Shown here: piece after piece, positions 1 to 11,099 of the stretch
Layout of the letters: each line of letters starts with the position of its first letter
Numbering within the stretch: the stretch's first letter is position 1
From: Eledone cirrhosa
Taxonomy: Eukaryota
Reading direction: 5' to 3'
Assembly (NCBI GenBank): GCA_964016885.1
Contig: OZ024740.1
Location: 284,394,001 to 284,458,000, forward strand
Length of the DNA: 64,000 nt
Made by a program: the position numbers and the translations under genes
The notes under the pieces: model-generated
What the model was told of the DNA's origin: nothing
Seen by the model: only the letters and a program-made list of their open reading frames with translations
Database searches by the model: none

Positions 1-3000
1 ATAGACATAGAATATTCGAGAATATTCTGTATGTTTATAATAAACATTTTGAAGACCTAATCGCTATAGAATAGAATACGTCACGTATTACAATTAGATT
101 CTCGATAAAAGCAAGGGAAGTAATCTACGCGTTTCATTCTTGTTAGAAATCATCAGGACTACATATCCAGTGCTTTTATCGAGAATGACACAGCTAGAGA
201 CTTATAGAATACTTAGCTGTGTACAGGAACTGGTTTGAAAGAGCGGTTGCCGGTCCGGCAGAAATTAGAAATTGGAATAAATGCTCTGAAATAGCGATAT
301 ATATGTGAATATAGACATAGAATATTCGAGAATATTCTGTATGTTTATAATAAACATTTTGAAGACCTAATCGCTATAGAATAGAATACGTCACGTATTA
401 CAATTAGATTCTCGATAAAAGCAAGGGAAGTAATCTACGCGTTTCATTCTTGTTAGAAATCATCAGGACTACATATCCAGTGCTTTTATCGAGAATGACA
501 CAGCTAGAGACTTATAGAATACTTAGCTGTGTACAGGAACTGGTTTGAAAGAGCGGTTGCCGGTCCGGCAGAAATTAGAAATTGGAATAAATGCTCTGAA
601 ATAGCGATATATATGTGAATATAGACATAGAATATTCGAGAATATTCTGTATGTTTATAATAAACATTTTGAAGACCTAATCGCTATAGAATAGAATACG
701 TCACGTATTACAATTAGATTCTCGATAAAAGCAAGGGAAGTAATCTACGCGTTTCATTCTTGTTAGAAATCATCAGGACTACATATCCAGTGCTTTTATC
801 GAGAATGACACAGCTAGAGACTTATAGAATACTTAGCTGTGTACAGGAACTGGTTTGAAAGAGCGGTTGCCGGTCCGGCAGAAATTAGAAATTGGAATAA
901 ATGCTCTGAAATAGCGATATATATGTGAATATAGACATAGAATATTCGAGAATATTCTGTATGTTTATAATAAACATTTTGAAGACCTAATCGCTATAGA
1001 ATAGAATACGTCACGTATTACAATTAGATTCTCGATAAAAGCAAGGGAAGTAATCTACGCGTTTCATTCTTGTTAGAAATCATCAGGACTACATATCCAG
1101 TGCTTTTATCGAGAATGACACAGCTAGAGACTTATAGAATACTTAGCTGTGTACAGGAACTGGTTTGAAAGAGCGGTTGCCGGTCCGGCAGAAATTAGAA
1201 ATTGGAATAAATGCTCTGAAATAGCGATATATATGTGAATATAGACATAGAATATTCGAGAATATTCTGTATGTTTATAATAAACATTTTGAAGACCTAA
1301 TCGCTATAGAATAGAATACGTCACGTATTACAATTAGATTCTCGATAAAAGCAAGGGAAGTAATCTACGCGTTTCATTCTTGTTAGAAATCATCAGGACT
1401 ACATATCCAGTGCTTTTATCGAGAATGACACAGCTAGAGACTTATAGAATACTTAGCTGTGTACAGGAACTGGTTTGAAAGAGCGGTTGCCGGTCCGGCA
1501 GAAATTAGAAATTGGAATAAATGCTCTGAAATAGCGATATATATGTGAATATAGACATAGAATATTCGAGAATATTCTGTATGTTTATAATAAACATTTT
1601 GAAGACCTAATCGCTATAGAATAGAATACGTCACGTATTACAATTAGATTCTCGATAAAAGCAAGGGAAGTAATCTACGCGTTTCATTCTTGTTAGAAAT
1701 CATCAGGACTACATATCCAGTGCTTTTATCGAGAATGACACAGCTAGAGACTTATAGAATACTTAGCTGTGTACAGGAACTGGTTTGAAAGAGCGGTTGC
1801 CGGTCCGGCAGAAATTAGAAATTGGAATAAATGCTCTGAAATAGCGATATATATGTGAATATAGACATAGAATATTCGAGAATATTCTGTATGTTTATAA
1901 TAAACATTTTGAAGACCTAATCGCTATAGAATAGAATACGTCACGTATTACAATTAGATTCTCGATAAAAGCAAGGGAAGTAATCTACGCGTTTCATTCT
2001 TGTTAGAAATCATCAGGACTACATATCCAGTGCTTTTATCGAGAATGACACAGCTAGAGACTTATAGAATACTTAGCTGTGTACAGGAACTGGTTTGAAA
2101 GAGCGGTTGCCGGTCCGGCAGAAATTAGAAATTGGAATAAATGCTCTGAAATAGCGATATATATGTGAATATAGACATAGAATATTCGAGAATATTCTGT
2201 ATGTTTATAATAAACATTTTGAAGACCTAATCGCTATAGAATAGAATACGTCACGTATTACAATTAGATTCTCGATAAAAGCAAGGGAAGTAATCTACGC
2301 GTTTCATTCTTGTTAGAAATCATCAGGACTACATATCCAGTGCTTTTATCGAGAATGACACAGCTAGAGACTTATAGAATACTTAGCTGTGTACAGGAAC
2401 TGGTTTGAAAGAGCGGTTGCCGGTCCGGCAGAAATTAGAAATTGGAATAAATGCTCTGAAATAGCGATATATATGTGAATATAGACATAGAATATTCGAG
2501 AATATTCTGTATGTTTATAATAAACATTTTGAAGACCTAATCGCTATAGAATAGAATACGTCACGTATTACAATTAGATTCTCGATAAAAGCAAGGGAAG
2601 TAATCTACGCGTTTCATTCTTGTTAGAAATCATCAGGACTACATATCCAGTGCTTTTATCGAGAATGACACAGCTAGAGACTTATAGAATACTTAGCTGT
2701 GTACAGGAACTGGTTTGAAAGAGCGGTTGCCGGTCCGGCAGAAATTAGAAATTGGAATAAATGCTCTGAAATAGCGATATATATGTGAATATAGACATAG
2801 AATATTCGAGAATATTCTGTATGTTTATAATAAACATTTTGAAGACCTAATCGCTATAGAATAGAATACGTCACGTATTACAATTAGATTCTCGATAAAA
2901 GCAAGGGAAGTAATCTACGCGTTTCATTCTTGTTAGAAATCATCAGGACTACATATCCAGTGCTTTTATCGAGAATGACACAGCTAGAGACTTATAGAAT

Positions 3001-3802
3001 ACTTAGCTGTGTACAGGAACTGGTTTGAAAGAGCGGTTGCCGGTCCGGCAGAAATTAGAAATTGGAATAAATGCTCTGAAATAGCGATATATATGTGAAT
3101 ATAGACATAGAATATTCGAGAATATTCTGTATGTTTATAATAAACATTTTGAAGACCTAATCGCTATAGAATAGAATACGTCACGTATTACAATTAGATT
3201 CTCGATAAAAGCAAGGGAAGTAATCTACGCGTTTCATTCTTGTTAGAAATCATCAGGACTACATATCCAGTGCTTTTATCGAGAATGACACAGCTAGAGA
3301 CTTATAGAATACTTAGCTGTGTACAGGAACTGGTTTGAAAGAGCGGTTGCCGGTCCGGCAGAAATTAGAAATTGGAATAAATGCTCTGAAATAGCGATAT
3401 ATATGTGAATATAGACATAGAATATTCGAGAATATTCTGTATGTTTATAATAAACATTTTGAAGACCTAATCGCTATAGAATAGAATACGTCACGTATTA
3501 CAATTAGATTCTCGATAAAAGCAAGGGAAGTAATCTACGCGTTTCATTCTTGTTAGAAATCATCAGGACTACATATCCAGTGCTTTTATCGAGAATGACA
3601 CAGCTAGAGACTTATAGAATACTTAGCTGTGTACAGGAACTGGTTTGAAAGAGCGGTTGCCGGTCCGGCAGAAATTAGAAATTGGAATAAATGCTCTGAA
3701 ATAGCGATATATATGTGAATATAGACATAGAATATTCGAGAATATTCTGTATGTTTATAATAAACATTTTGAAGACCTAATCGCTATAGAATAGAATACG
3801 TC
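1..3802 (-). repeat. 310-bp tandem array (12 full monomers plus partial; continues off the left edge), candidate non-LTR retrozyme / hammerhead satellite
   Basis: The unit starting ATAGACATAGAATATTCGAG recurs at 1, 311, 621 ... 3721 with no differences seen by eye. Each full unit has a hammerhead on the - strand. Confidence 0.93.
120..162 (-). ncRNA. Minimal type-I hammerhead ribozyme, first of 12 copies (every 310 bp; last at 3530-3572)
   Basis: Minus strand reads GUAGUC-CUGAUGA-U UUCU AACA AGAA U-GAAA-CGCG-UA^GAUUAC. Core intact; stem I GUAGUC/GAUUAC; stem II UUCU/AGAA; palindromic ACGCGU stem III; GUA cleavage triplet, cut between 126 and 125. Confidence 0.88.
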
Positions 3803-3918
3803 ATTCTATTCTATAGCGATTAGGTCTTCAAAATGTTTATTATAAACATACAGAATATTCTCGAATATTCTATGTCTATATTCACATATATATCGCTATT
3901 TCAGAGCATTTATTCCAA

Positions 3919-3926
<8 letters not shown>
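3674..3926. repeat. 124-bp inverted fold-back terminating the array (arms 3674-3797 and 3803-3926, 5-nt spacer), followed by (TA)n
   Basis: 3803-3926 is the reverse complement of 3674-3797. Confidence 0.95.
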
Positions 3927-3989
<63 letters not shown>

Positions 3990-4164
3990 ATAACAAGGTA
4001 TCATTTATGGTAATCCAGCTAGAGGTTATGAGTACTCTGTGCCGAGGATAAATTTAATGTATGGCATTGTTAATACTGTAAATTAACCCTATTGTACAGC
4101 CGACCATGTTATTCTTCATTTTTTGCTATATATATATATATAATTTATATATATATATATATAA

Positions 4165-4226
4165 TTTTATCTGACGAGGACGTACTGAAAAAACAGTACA
4201 GTACCTTCGAAATATATATAATAAAA
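4165..4226 (+). ncRNA. Minimal type-I hammerhead in a PLE pseudo-LTR remnant
   Basis: UUUUAU-CUGACGA-stem II (GGACGUAC...GUACCUUC)-GAAA-UAUAUA-UA^AUAAAA. Related copies at 8882-8945 and, 3' half only, on the - strand at ~7261-7287. Confidence 0.75.
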
Positions 4227-4607
4227 CATATATTTTAATTATGTGAATGTCTTCATTTATTAATATTCTGAATAATATATATATATATATATTAGTTAGG
4301 CAAAACAAGACCACAAATTTCACAAGGAAGACATTATTAAAAGATTGTCAACATATTTTAGTTTGATGTAAGGAATGTAGAGAATAATAATAATAATATT
4401 AATAATAATAATGTCCGTTTACAATTGTTTCGCTACTCCATATAATATTTCTGAATCAGATGACTATATATCATTATTGATCTGGTTCAGTTGAAAATAA
4501 TTAACATATTTAAAAACAGAGCGGCTCATCGGAACTTCAAATGAATATAAATTAAAATAAGGAGAGAATGTTACATAATGTAATGTTCCATATGTTCCAA
4601 GCAATCT

Positions 4608-6315
4608 ATGAGGTTCATCCAATTTGACATCGACAGCTATTACGCTTCAATAACCCCGGAACTGCTCAACAAAACATTAACCCTAGCCAGCACCAACTCG
4701 GACATAACCAATATTGAGATTAACATCATACTTATGGCTAGGCAGACCATCATTGAATTCAATGGAGCACTCTGGACTAGAAAAGATAGAACAGACAACT
4801 TTGACATCACGATGGGCTCAAGTGACTCTGCGCAAATCACCGATTTAGTTGGAATTTACCTATTACATAACATCAGAGCCGAAATCCAACCCTTTCAAGG
4901 CGGAATATACAGGGACGACGCCCTATTTGCAGTCCACAATTGCACTAATCGGGGCATTGATTTGCTAAAAAAACAATTACATAGATTCTTTAAAAATAAC
5001 GAGCCGAACCATAAAGTAGTAAACTTCCTAGACGTCACCCTGGATCTCAACAATAACCTATATTACCCTTACCATAAACCAGGTGAAATACTCACATATA
5101 TTAGCCCACACTCTAACCACCCACCGGCAGTCATCAGAGCAGTAATCAAATCTATCTCGTATAGGATCTCCATGCTATCAGCAAATGAGGAGATATTTAT
5201 AAACCATGCACAATATTATAATAAGGCTCTTTCTGAATCTGGTTATGAACAGTCCATTTACTACATACCTAAATGCCATAACACAGCAATTCACTATAAT
5301 AAACTTAACACTAGAACTAGAAATACCTTAGCATGTAGCCAGATTTGCCGGAATTTTAGCAGTAACAGCACCTATACAGGGAGTTTAATGGTGGCAGCGG
5401 CCTGCTCCGCACTCCAAGTAGCAAACTAAAAATCAACCCTAGAATAGGAATGAAAAATGGGATGACAAATAACAAATCCCCAGGTAATAATAACCCTAGG
5501 AAGGCCCCTACCAACTCCACTAGAACCCCTAGAAGGAATAGACCTAGAAATATCACCTGGCTTAACCCCCCATCCTCATCTAATCTAGCCATTAATATCC
5601 CTAAACGCATCTTCTCTATCCTATCTAAACATTTCCCCCCCAACCATAGATATTACAAACTCTTTAATAAAAATAACATTAAAATCTCATTCTCCACAAC
5701 ACCTAACCTAGCTAGCCACATCGCATTCAGTAACCATCATAAACTAAGACAGTATAACTCCCACACCGCGGTACCACCACCCCTATCAAATACACCACGC
5801 CACTACACCAATAATTACTATAGTAGCACACCTCCCCCATCTAATCCTTCTAGCACTGACCAACCGCTTAAGTTAAACTACCCTACTCTCACTAACCGCA
5901 GAAGCAACTGCAACTGCCGTTACCCTAAATGGACACTGCCTGACACCCAACATAGTCTATAGGTGCACGGTTAAAACTGCTTCGAATACCAGCTCTTATA
6001 TCGGGTCTACCTCTAACCCTTTTAAGGTACGCTATAACGCGCACTCTTTTTCCTTCCGAGACCCTAGCAACAGATGTTCGACATCTCATTAAAAACCTTA
6101 AATTAAGCAACATTGAACACTCACTAAAATGGGATATCGTAGCTAGAGCCCAACCGTTCAATGGACGGAGAAAATCTTGTGATTTCTGTATTACCGAAGC
6201 ATATTACTTAACTCTATCCCGACCTCTACAGATTAACGATAGAACGGAGGTAACTATTAGCTGTCAACATCGAAGGGCTAATTCCTTCGCCAATAGAATA
6301 TTTGACCCAACATAG
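4608..6315 (+). pseudogene. PLE reverse transcriptase + GIY-YIG endonuclease, frameshifted (possibly Naiad-type; subclade is inference)
   Basis: FDIDSYY, FDITMGS, GIYRDD, VNFLDVTL, HSNHPP; NITWLNPP..KHFP; CNCR/LNGHC linker; NIVYRCTV..YIGSTSNPFKVRYNAH (GIY-YIG); CDFCITE..SCQH. Confidence 0.9.
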
Positions 6316-6685
6316 TCATCTAGCCCCATTTTTACTTGTAGCTAGTAAGTTAAATAGCTATAACTAACTTAGATAATTATAGGTTACCTCCCCTACATTG
6401 TTTCTCAATTAAAAAAATTAGCACTTAACTATAGACTACCCACAATTTCTAATCTCTCGAGGAGTTACTTCCCCTGAAACCAACTTCTAATTAGTAAGGT
6501 AAATTTGCCCTTTGCTGGCCATCTTGTTACCCATAGGCAGATCTCACACAATGCAGCCTCGACAGATGAATACTGCTTGATTATGGCTGACAATTGATAC
6601 AACCAGGATACCATAGTGAAATACCAATATATGGAACATTACATTATGTAACATTCTCTCCTTATTTTAATTTATATTCCTTTGA

Positions 6686-6806
6686 CGTTCCGATGAGCCG
6701 CTCTGTTTTTAAATATGTTAATTATTTTCAACTGAACCAGATCAATAATGATATATAGTCATCTGATCCAGAAATATTATATGGAGTAGCGAAACAATTG
6801 TAAACG
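6686..6806 (+). ncRNA. Variant hammerhead (CCGAUGA core, ~80-nt stem II extension) in the PLE pLTR; inverted copy at ~4416-4536
   Basis: CGUU-CCGAUGA-GCCGCUC...GAGUAGC-GAAA-CAAUUG-UA^AACG, with palindromic CAAUUG. Confidence 0.6.
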
Positions 6807-7207
6807 GACATTATTATTATTAATATTATTATTATTATTCTCTACATTCCTTACATCAAACTAAAATATGTTGACAATCTTTTAATAATGTCTTCCTTGT
6901 GAAATTTGTGGTCTTGTTTTGCTTAACTAATGAATATTTCCAGCTCTGCACGCCTAACTTCTAGATGAACCCAGCCACCTAGCTGCTTTCTACTGCATAT
7001 TGCACATTGAGCCTTTACGCTTTGGCTTCTAACTAATTCACCAATCTCTCCTCTCCTATCTCCATCTCTCTCTTTAAGATTGGTTACTCTTGAACTGTGT
7101 ATATATATATATTAAAGAGTTAAACAAGATTCAATGAGTACATAAAAGAATGAGTTTTACAGTAGGTTGGAAGCACTCTACAGTAAAATATTTTCCAGGG
7201 TTATTAA

Positions 7208-9000
7208 TATAATATTAAATTCAAATATAAATAAAATAGATGTTCTTGTGATCCATTAAATTTTATTATACATATTTCAGAGGTACGAGAAATAAAGGTC
7301 TGGATCAAAGATAATAATATCCCAAAAGCCATATGTTATGTATATCAACGTGGCAGCATGTTATTAAACAAATGTCATTCATTCAAACGTTATTTCCTTT
7401 ATAGATGGTTAGAAGATAAAGCAATATTAAAGTTTGATAAGCCATTGAGATTTATATTTTCAACAGTTGGTGATGTACGTCTAAAAACCAGGCTTGGTTG
7501 CTTACTGTTTTTTCAGGTCTTATGGGAGGCTTGGAATGTAGACAAGGCTTTATGAAGGCAGTTTGAGAATAATTCACTTTTTTTGTTAATTAAGTTCTAA
7601 TAATTATTAATAATCAAAAGGGTCTCCATTGTACAAAGCGCGCAGTTACTTGATATACTTGAGTTGCGGTAAACTCCACTATTACAAAGTTTCGTCCAAA
7701 AGATGGAGTATTTTAAATTTTTGTCTCATTAATACTTTGTATATCTCTCTATATGTAGTTTTTGCAAATATGTTTATATCGTATAACAACATAATTCATA
7801 ATTATAGTTAGGCACTTCTCTCTATATAGCTTTGTGCACTTATGTTTATAATGTATAATAACATAACCATAATTATTGTTCGGTATAACGCTATATATAG
7901 TTTGTGCAGTATATTGTACAATAACATAATCATTATTTAGAGTTCGTTCTTCCCTAGAAGGTAGAACTAATATAATGATTTAATATAATATAATAAATAA
8001 TAATTTATAGTCCTCTTATTATGATAAATGCACGCATATATATATATATATATATATAGCTGTAAACTCTGCGTTAATTATTATACTTTAGACAATATAT
8101 CTATTTAACTATAAATTCCTCGATATTTATAACAGTAAGTACTTCATAAATTATACATACCGAAAATGTTGACACTGTTACAAGTCATTTTGTTAAAGAT
8201 TACCTTTATGTGTATATTGAACAGTATATATTCTTCTTTCGCGGGCTTAGTAAATCCTTTAAATTTGTTTTCATAAAACTTCGAATTTTAGAAATGTAAC
8301 ACATTTATAAAATTTATAAAAATTAATACAAATAACCATCAACTTTTAAAACCTAAAATTTATGTGAATATTGAACAGTATATATTTTTCTTTCGCGGGC
8401 TTAGTAAATCCTTTAAATTTGTTTTCATAAAACTTCGAAATATAAAATTTATCAAATTAATACAAATAACCATCAACTTTTAAAACCTAAAATTTTGATT
8501 CTTCACCCTAAAATAACATTAAATATTTTGAAATTTAACCGCTAAGTCTGTACGTGTCCGATGAAAATTTTTGCATAAATTACTCCCCTTTATCTCTCCC
8601 TCTCTTTAATTATTTATCAGTTGCTTTCTCAAGCCAAATAATTATAACTCTAGAAACGTCTTCCTCTATAATCCTAATTGTAGTATCCCAGATTTTTAAA
8701 ACTCTATAACTGTTACATTGAAGCAATATTTTTCCTTACTCATACCTTCTCTATTGATTCTATTACGTTTTCCCATGTTCTCACTATTAGGGTATAAATG
8801 TTGAGTTTTCTCATACGTTAATCACTACCTTGATTAAATCTTAATCATTTAACATCGCAGAGTATGTCATGTATCATTTTATTTTATCTGATGAGGACGT
8901 ACTGCTGAACCTGATTCACGTACCTCTCAAATATGTATAATAAAATTTAATTGATCACAAGAACATCTATTTTAATAATATTTGAATTTAATATTATATA
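7208..9000. mobile_element. Decayed PLE-derived segment with ~80-bp inverted ends, a GIY-YIG C-terminal remnant and internal duplications
   Basis: 7208-7287 is the inverse of ~8919-9000. The - strand at ~7615-7700 translates ..SSNCALCTMETLLI. Decayed HHR at 8882-8945 (GAAA>CAAA). ~150-bp duplication at 8215-8495. Confidence 0.55.
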
Positions 9001-9467
9001 TATATATATATATTTAATTACGTAAGAAACAACACAATAGAATATTCCATTATCTAAGGTTTCATGAAACTAGACAATCTTAACAGAAACATCCAGAATG
9101 CTCATTAGATGAAATAATTATATTGTGTTGTTTATTACATAATTAAATAGCTCTGTACTATACATTATATATATATATATATTAGAAAATGTAGGAATCC
9201 AACATGCAGAAAAAGAAAGTAACTAACATCAGCTGAATGCTATAAATAATAGCTTAGAAAATCAAGTAAAATATCCATATATATCGTAAAGCATTTGTCT
9301 GGAATTTGGAGGATACAAATTCCAGATTTGGAGGTTCAATTCTTCAAAGCTATTATTTGTAGTGATAAGATGCTGTTACAGTTATTTTTTGCATTTGGGA
9401 TTCCTACATTTTCTAAAATTTCAAAATCTCTCGGTAATCAATAGTTTATAAAAAAAAGTATATATAT

Positions 9468-10162
9468 ACGAACAGCAATGTTACATGGAAGTGAAACCTG
9501 GGCACTGTCTGAAGAAGACTTGTGCAGATTAGAAAGAAACGAAGCTTGCATGCTCTGATGGATGTGTAATAGTAATATACGCGAACGGCAAAGTATAAAC
9601 GAATCAAATGCTGTCGCAGGAGAAGAGGTTACGTTGGTATGGACATGTGATGCGTATGAAGGATGACAGTTGCATAAAAAGGTGCAGAGCACTAGAAGTC
9701 GATGGAAGCCGCGGAGTGGGGAGACCCAAGAAGACCTGGGATGAGGTGATAAAGGCCGACCTTACCCAATTGCACTTCTCAAGAGCAATGACACACGACC
9801 GTGACCTCTGGCATCACGCAATAATACAGAACCCCCCCTCTCCCCACAGGAGCATGCCGAAGCTGAAGCATATAGACAATATGCCCTCACACCCTCCCAC
9901 TGCAAAGTGGTCGTGAGGGTGCCACGGCAAAAAAAGCACCCGGCCCATACTGTAAAGTGGACGTGTAGGCGCCACGGAAAAAAAGCACCCAGCACTCACT
10001 GTAAATGAGGTTGGTGTTAGGAAGGGCATCCAGCTGTAGAAATGAAGCCAGAATCAGTTCCCGTATGAGCAAGACAAGGTCAGCCGACTGGACACTGCCC
10101 ATAACAGGACAACCCGTCTAACCCATGCTAGCGTGGAAGAACGGACGTAAAACGATGATGAT
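9468..10162 (+). mobile_element. RTE-clade LINE 3' fragment with (GAT)n tail
   Basis: RLRWYGHVMRM..RGVGRPKKTW. The 3' UTR matches that of the large RTE copy at 43740-46800. Confidence 0.9.
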
Positions 10163-10500
10163 ATATATATATATATATAACAATGCCACAGTATATCAGA
10201 TACCAATTGAATTGTTTGAGGAAATTACAAAGCACTCAATGATGTGAAAAGTTAATTCATTTTCACCCAGAATAAACACAAAAAATTAATAGTGTGACAC
10301 CAAGAATAAAGTGACCAAATGTATATGGCCATACTTATACCACAACATTGATATAGACAAACAGGTCGAATACTAATATATATATAATTATTGAGTAAAA
10401 TCACAGGAGGCCGGACTGGTGACATTCCTTCAAAGATTTATATATATAATTTTAGCAGCATAGTATATAAATGTTATTGGGACACGAGTAACATAGTAAC

Positions 10501-11099
10501 TGTTTCTACTTTAGGCACAAGGCCAGCAATTGCCCAGTGTATTACTGGTACTTTATTTTATCGACCCCGTAAGGATGAAAGGCAAAATCAACCTCGGCGG
10601 GATTTGAACTCAGATCGTAAAGGGACGTAACTATGCTGGAAAGCATGGCGTCCGACCCTCTTCCGATACTGCCAATAATAATTGTTTCTACGTTAGGCAC
10701 AAGGCCAGCAAATTACCCAGTGTATTACTGGTACTTTATTTTATCGACCCCGTAAGGATGAAAGGCAAAGTAAACCTCGGCGGGATTTGAACTCAGAATG
10801 GCAATGGCCGTAACTCTATGCGTCAAAGCATGGCGTCCGACCCTCTACTAATACTGCCAATCATAATGATGTCAACAGCAGAAATTAGAGATGAAATGTT
10901 TCTTTTTGTTGTAGCACAAATAATTGTTTCTACATTTGGCCCAAGGCCAGCAATTATCCCAGTGTATTACTGGTACTTTATTTTATCGACCCCGTAAGGA
11001 TGAAAGGCAAAGTTAACCTCGGCGGGATTTGAACTCAGACCATAAAGGGACGTAACTCTTTGCTGCAAAGCATGGCGTCCGACCCTCTACCAATCCACC
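10501..11099 (-). mobile_element. Three tRNA-derived SINEs (~175 bp) inside the 3' LTR: ~10501-10674, ~10684-10860, 10925-11099
   Basis: Pol III A box TGGCAGTATCGG, B box GAGTTCAAATCC, Nin/Deu-like GCCTTTCATCC..GGGGTCGATAAA domain, (ATT)n tail. 11-bp TSD GCACAAATAAT on the third copy. Confidence 0.9.

Larger units (their letters stand above)
4291..6931 (+). mobile_element. 5'-truncated Penelope-like retroelement with inverted pseudo-LTRs (4291-4593 inverted; 6629-6931 sense)
   Basis: ~300-bp inverted terminal copies flank RT and GIY-YIG coding remnants. The pLTR contains an HHR-like motif. Confidence 0.9.

Noticed and set aside
230-305. Second hammerhead on the + strand of the monomer (AGAGC..GCTCT-GAAA-TAGCGA-TA)
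   Set aside because: The 5' core reads CTGGTTTGA, not CUGANGA, and no stem I can be formed.
1-3802. CRISPR array or 5S/tRNA/snRNA gene cluster
   Set aside because: No variable spacers and eukaryotic context; no recognisable 5S, tRNA or snRNA sequence in the unit.
5925-5960. In-frame UGA (selenocysteine) in the PLE endonuclease linker
   Set aside because: The TGA is out of frame; the correct frame reads LNGHCLTPNIVY.
10501-10860. tRNA genes suggested by A/B boxes
   Set aside because: These are SINE heads with conserved non-tRNA bodies and tails; no cloverleaf.
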